From a candidate division WOR-3 bacterium (GTDB lineage Bacteria; Hydrothermota; Hydrothermia; B15-G9; WFZT01): a stretch of 20,487 nt of DNA. Where the stretch lies: NCBI GenBank assembly GCA_027053075.1, contig JALUEE010000006.1, forward strand, positions 1-20,487. Direction: 5' to 3'. Positions 16,853-20,487 of this stretch are shown here, one piece after another. The position numbers and the translations under genes are program-made. The notes beneath the pieces are model-generated. The model was not told the origin of the DNA. It did not search any database and worked only from the letters and a program-made list of their open reading frames with translations. How positions within the stretch are numbered: position 1 is the first letter of the stretch; each line of letters begins with the position of its first letter.

Positions 16853-16870
16853 TCTTAAAAATTTAAACCC

Positions 16871-19868
16871 TTACCTTATCTCCTCCATCAAAACTGAAAT
16901 TGCCTTCTTGAGCTGGGGGTCACCAGTTGTGTTGTCGTAAATCGGTGGATTCTCCACATAAATGTCCGGCTGAACTGGACCGAGCTCCAGACTTTTCCCA
17001 TTGAGCCGATACCAGCCTTCACTCGGGACACGGAAAACCGTGATTCCATCAAATAGAGTGATATTGTTTGTCCCTATCACAGCACCAAAAGTGGGTGTTC
17101 CGACAACCTTACCCAGTTTGAGCTGCTTGAAACCTGCAGGAAAAATTTCAGCATCTGAATAACAATTGCTGTTGATAATCAAAACCACGGGCTTATCCCA
17201 TGAAAAGAGCGAACTGTACTCTTTTTTCTTCTCACCTCTTTCCACTGAGTAAAGATAATGGGTTCTTCTCAAAATATTGAGAATAATGTCATGGGTGGAG
17301 CCTCCTCCATTGTAGCGAATGTCAAGAACAAGCCCCTTTCTGTCTCTCTGAGCATAGAGTTCCCGCTTAAATTCCTTCACACTCTCCATATCCATTGCCC
17401 GGATATGAATGTATGCGAGCTTGTGATGGGAAACACTATCCACAAACTGTTTGTTGGCCCTCACCCACTCTTTGTAAATCATTCTTCTAAGTTTCCAGTA
17501 AGAAATTGCCTTAACTCTCAGCGTATCGGTTTTTCCCTCATGGATTCTGACAATTTTTACCTTCTTTTTCCGCTTCCCGATGAGTGCACTGTAGTAATTT
17601 TTGATGGTATCTAACTTTACACCGTCTATCTTTAGCAAAACATCACCTTTTGCAATACCCGCTTGGTATGCGGGAGAATTGTAAATCACATGCAGGACTT
17701 TTATTCCCTTCCTGGTTTTGGCCGGCACAATCCCGATTACCCCCGATTTTTCGCTAAATTCATCATCACTTCCCCAGATTCCGAGGTGCGATGCGTTTAG
17801 CTCACCAAGCATATACCTTACGAATTGGTAAAAGTCCTCATTTTCGTAGGCATTTCTGGCATAAGGCAGATATTTTTTAAACATCTCCTTCCAGTTGACA
17901 CCATGAAAGTTGGGATCGTAGAAACCATCATTAAGTGCCCACCAGAGCTCTTCAAAAAGGGCCTTTCTAAAAGCTCCATTGTGAACCAGAATCTGCAGAT
18001 GGAAGGGCATGGGTTTGGAATTTCCTTCAAAGTCCGATTCGAAAATCTCACCTTCTCCTGTGAGGTAGTAAATCTTTTTGCCACTGAAAAAGAACATTTT
18101 GGGTTCGACGTTGCCTTTTGTAATTCTTTTGACCCTGTGCCCGGAGAGGTCTGTCATCCAGATGTCATTTGAGTTTAAGTCCTCTGCCTGAATGAGAAAG
18201 TTCAGTCCCCATTTATCGGCAGTATAGTAGTTGTAACCTCCCTGGAATTTGTAAATTGTCCGGATTCGGCTACAGATATCGTCAAAGTCAATCTTTACCT
18301 CAGGTGCAGATTTCAGGGAGTCCTTGAGAGACTTGAAGTATTTGGCGTCTTTGTCGGCATCTTCTTTCCTCAAAATTACATATTTGATAAAAAGATTTCC
18401 CTCTTCATCTCTCGAGGCAAAGGAAATTCTTCGGCCATCATAAGACCACATAGGTTTGTAATCATCATTTGGGTGGTCTGAAATATTGACCGGAGCCATG
18501 TTGCTGTCAACTTTAACCACATATACGTCCTCCCTCCACCCGAGAGCGGTTCGGGAAAAGGCAAGCCATTTTGAATCCCATGACCAGGAAATCCACAGCA
18601 CATCATTAAAATCCGCTATTTTACGACGATTTTCCCCATTTGCATCCATCACCCAGAGGGTTCCCTGTCGGGTTTTGTAAGCTATTCTTTTACCATCATG
18701 TGAAAACACCGGATTTTTATCGGTAAAAGGGGTATCTGTAAGTCTTGTGAATTTGAACTCTGTGGCATTCACAAACAGGCTATCCCCCACCGGGTCCACT
18801 TTGTAGATGTTCCAGTTGCCGTCTTTAAGGGTCGTGAATGCAATCTCTTCTCTCGCTGGATTCCATGAGAGGTCTTTTTCAGGTTCAGGTGTGTATGTGA
18901 TTCTTTTTACCGCGTGAGTTTTCGTATCCATAACGTAAATATCACCAAAAACTACAAATGCTAATTCTTTCCCGGATGGTGACACCTTTATTTCTGTGGC
19001 ATTTTTCGTGAGCTCTTTATAGTAGGGATCAGAGAATTTCTTATCCATTGGGGCTTTAAATCTCAGTGTATCGAGCCTGCCAGAATCCACGTGGTAGAGG
19101 TAAAGCTGGCCAAGCACGGTGAAAACAATAGTGCGGCCATCTTCAGAAATCTTAGGGTCAAGGACTTCGTTTTTAAAGTGTGTAAGCTGTTTAACGTGAC
19201 TCCCATCTGTGTTCATCACAAAAAGGTTGCCGGAATTTTCTCTATCGTTGTTCGAAACGAAATATATTTACATGGGGAATGCGTCTCTGCCGTCGAAATG
19301 GGTTAATCTTTTCATAAACTTTGCATCTTTCCTCATAATCCAGATGTCCCGATTTGCAGGTCCACGGTATTTTCTACGCCATGAGTTTGTGAATCCCCGC
19401 TCAAAGATTAAAGAATCGCCGGGGCCAGGGATAATTCTATTCATGAAAAAGTTATAGACCCTTTCCGGAGTTCCACCTGTGAGCGGAATTCTGTAAATGG
19501 CTCCCCCTGAATTCTGTTCGCCACGATGAAAAGTAAAGGTAGTTATCTTTGATGAATTGTGGGTATTCGTATCCGGGGTGATAGGTTAACCTACTAGGAT
19601 TCTTGCTCCCATCAGATGGCATGACGAAAAGGTCATAGGAGCCGTATCTGTTGGATGCAAAAACGATTTTGCTGCCATCAGGGCTGAAGATGGGGGCTGT
19701 GTCATAACCCTTTGAATCGGTGAGTCTATGGGCAATTGAGTCGCCAACACTGACTTCCCATAGGTCACCCATATAAGAAAAAACTACTCTCTTGCCATCA
19801 GGTGAGACAGCGGGAGAAAAAGCGAAGGTATTTATCGATACGAGTATCGCCATCAAAAATCCAAGCAT
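16871..19868 (-). pseudogene. Tricorn protease homolog (peptidase S41 with PD40 beta-propellers and PDZ), interrupted by a one-base frameshift and an in-frame stop
   Basis: N-part SPAVSPDGKRVVFSYMGDLW; after removing one base from the C5 run at 19503-19507 it reads GAIYRIPLTGGTPERV...WRRKYRGPANRDIW...DAFPM*IYFVSN, in frame with the 782-aa ORF carrying GELNASHLG, DIRYNGGG, YSDAEIF, GTPTFGAVIG. SD GGAGGT 9 nt before ATG 19868. Confidence 0.9.
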
Positions 19869-19935
19869 TTCTCATCAACCTCCAGATTTTTGAAAATTAT
19901 AACGCCACGAAGACGACCAGAGTTAGGGGTTGTAA

Positions 19936-19972
19936 CTCCCACACCTGCATTAGGGGAGAAGCGTGGGGTGAG
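19936..19972 (-). repeat. Possible degenerate copy R9 of the repeat family
   Basis: Minus strand CTCACCCC-ACGC-TTCTCCCC-TAATGCAGGTGT-GGGAG resembles the R6/R7 layout; the stem is short and eroded. Confidence 0.45.
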
Positions 19973-20012
19973 TTGATATGCCTCCATTTTTGGGAAAATG
20001 GGGGCATATCAA
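19973..20012. repeat. 18-bp inverted repeat (possible terminator or stabilising hairpin)
   Basis: TTGATATGCCTCCATTTT-TGGG-AAAATGGGGGCATATCAA with one T.G pair; lies 124 nt downstream of the ABC ATPase stop. Confidence 0.7.
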
Positions 20013-20136
20013 AAATCCTCTTTTCGTGTCAAAGATGAGTTGCAGTAAAGTATAGGGATATGGGTAAGTGGATCTTTTAAGGGAAGAGATAACATAAAAG
20101 GCTTTCCCCAGGGAATCACCAACCTTGTTTAAATTC

Positions 20137-20487
20137 TTATTCCTGAGCTTCTCTTAACTTTATAACATCATCAACTTTTACACTTTTCCCATCCTTTATC
20201 AGATAAACCCTATTACACAGAAGAAGTGGTTTCTGCCTGTGTGATACTATTATTACGATCATATTCTCAATTCCCCGGATTACTTCCAGAAGAGCCCCTT
20301 CACTTTCTTCGTCAAGGTTAGAAGTTATTTCATCCAGCAGCAAAATATCCGGGTGTTTCAGATATGCACGTGCAAATGCGATCCTCTGCTTTTGCCCAAC
20401 AGAAAGATTTACGCTCTTCAGGTCAATATATGTGCCGTACCCCTCGGGTAGAGAAAGTATGAACTCGTGTAACCTGAGTTTTCTCAT
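20137..20487 (-). CDS. ABC transporter ATP-binding domain (C-terminal part of a probable exporter), truncated by window edge
   Basis: FILSLPEGYGT, signature LSVGQKQRIAFARA, Walker B LLLDEITSNLD, H-loop VSHR; Walker A lies outside the window. Confidence 0.9.
   Translation of the reverse strand: MRKLRLHEFILSLPEGYGTYIDLKSVNLSVGQKQRIAFARAYLKHPDILLLDEITSNLDEESEGALLEVIRGIENMIVIIVSHRQKPLLLCNRVYLIKDGKSVKVDDVIKLREAQE

Noticed and set aside
19503..19507. Programmed frameshift or phase variation in the tricorn gene
   Set aside because: A 5-base run is short for phase variation, and the downstream in-frame stop would still block the full-length product.

Overview
Chromosomal, mostly housekeeping window from a Gram-negative bacterium. 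A T9SS-type C-terminal sorting domain together with LPS and type IV pilus genes suggests an FCB-group lineage; WOR-3/Hydrothermae is a guess. Plus strand: pilC (partial), PilS-like kinase, PilR-like sigma54 activator, small membrane protein, lpxH-like phosphoesterase, FG-GAP/T9SS-CTD protein, tRNA nucleotidyltransferase-HD, YfcE-like phosphoesterase, cvpA and a small membrane protein. Minus strand: beta-barrel OMP-alr-ispE, an SDR, a YbiR-like anion permease and an SPL-like radical SAM gene (divergent from a plus-strand GT9 glycosyltransferase), a tricorn/S41 protease broken by a frameshift and an in-frame stop, and a partial ABC ATPase. The most striking signal is non-coding. Five of the six intergenic gaps over 150 bp carry copies (8 in total) of a C/G-rich repeat made of a hairpin plus a mirror-image homopyrimidine tail. 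Both the Watson-Crick stem and the mirror tail covary between copies, pointing to a conserved intrastrand triplex-forming element. The sixth gap holds a perfect 52-bp palindrome with the same apical core. Other points: a probable CC-adding (not CCA-adding) enzyme, a CTG start for cvpA, a Cx3Cx3C radical SAM motif, a kinase lacking the H+4 phosphatase residue, and leaderless-type divergent promoters. No transposase, CRISPR array, tRNA or rRNA was recognised.
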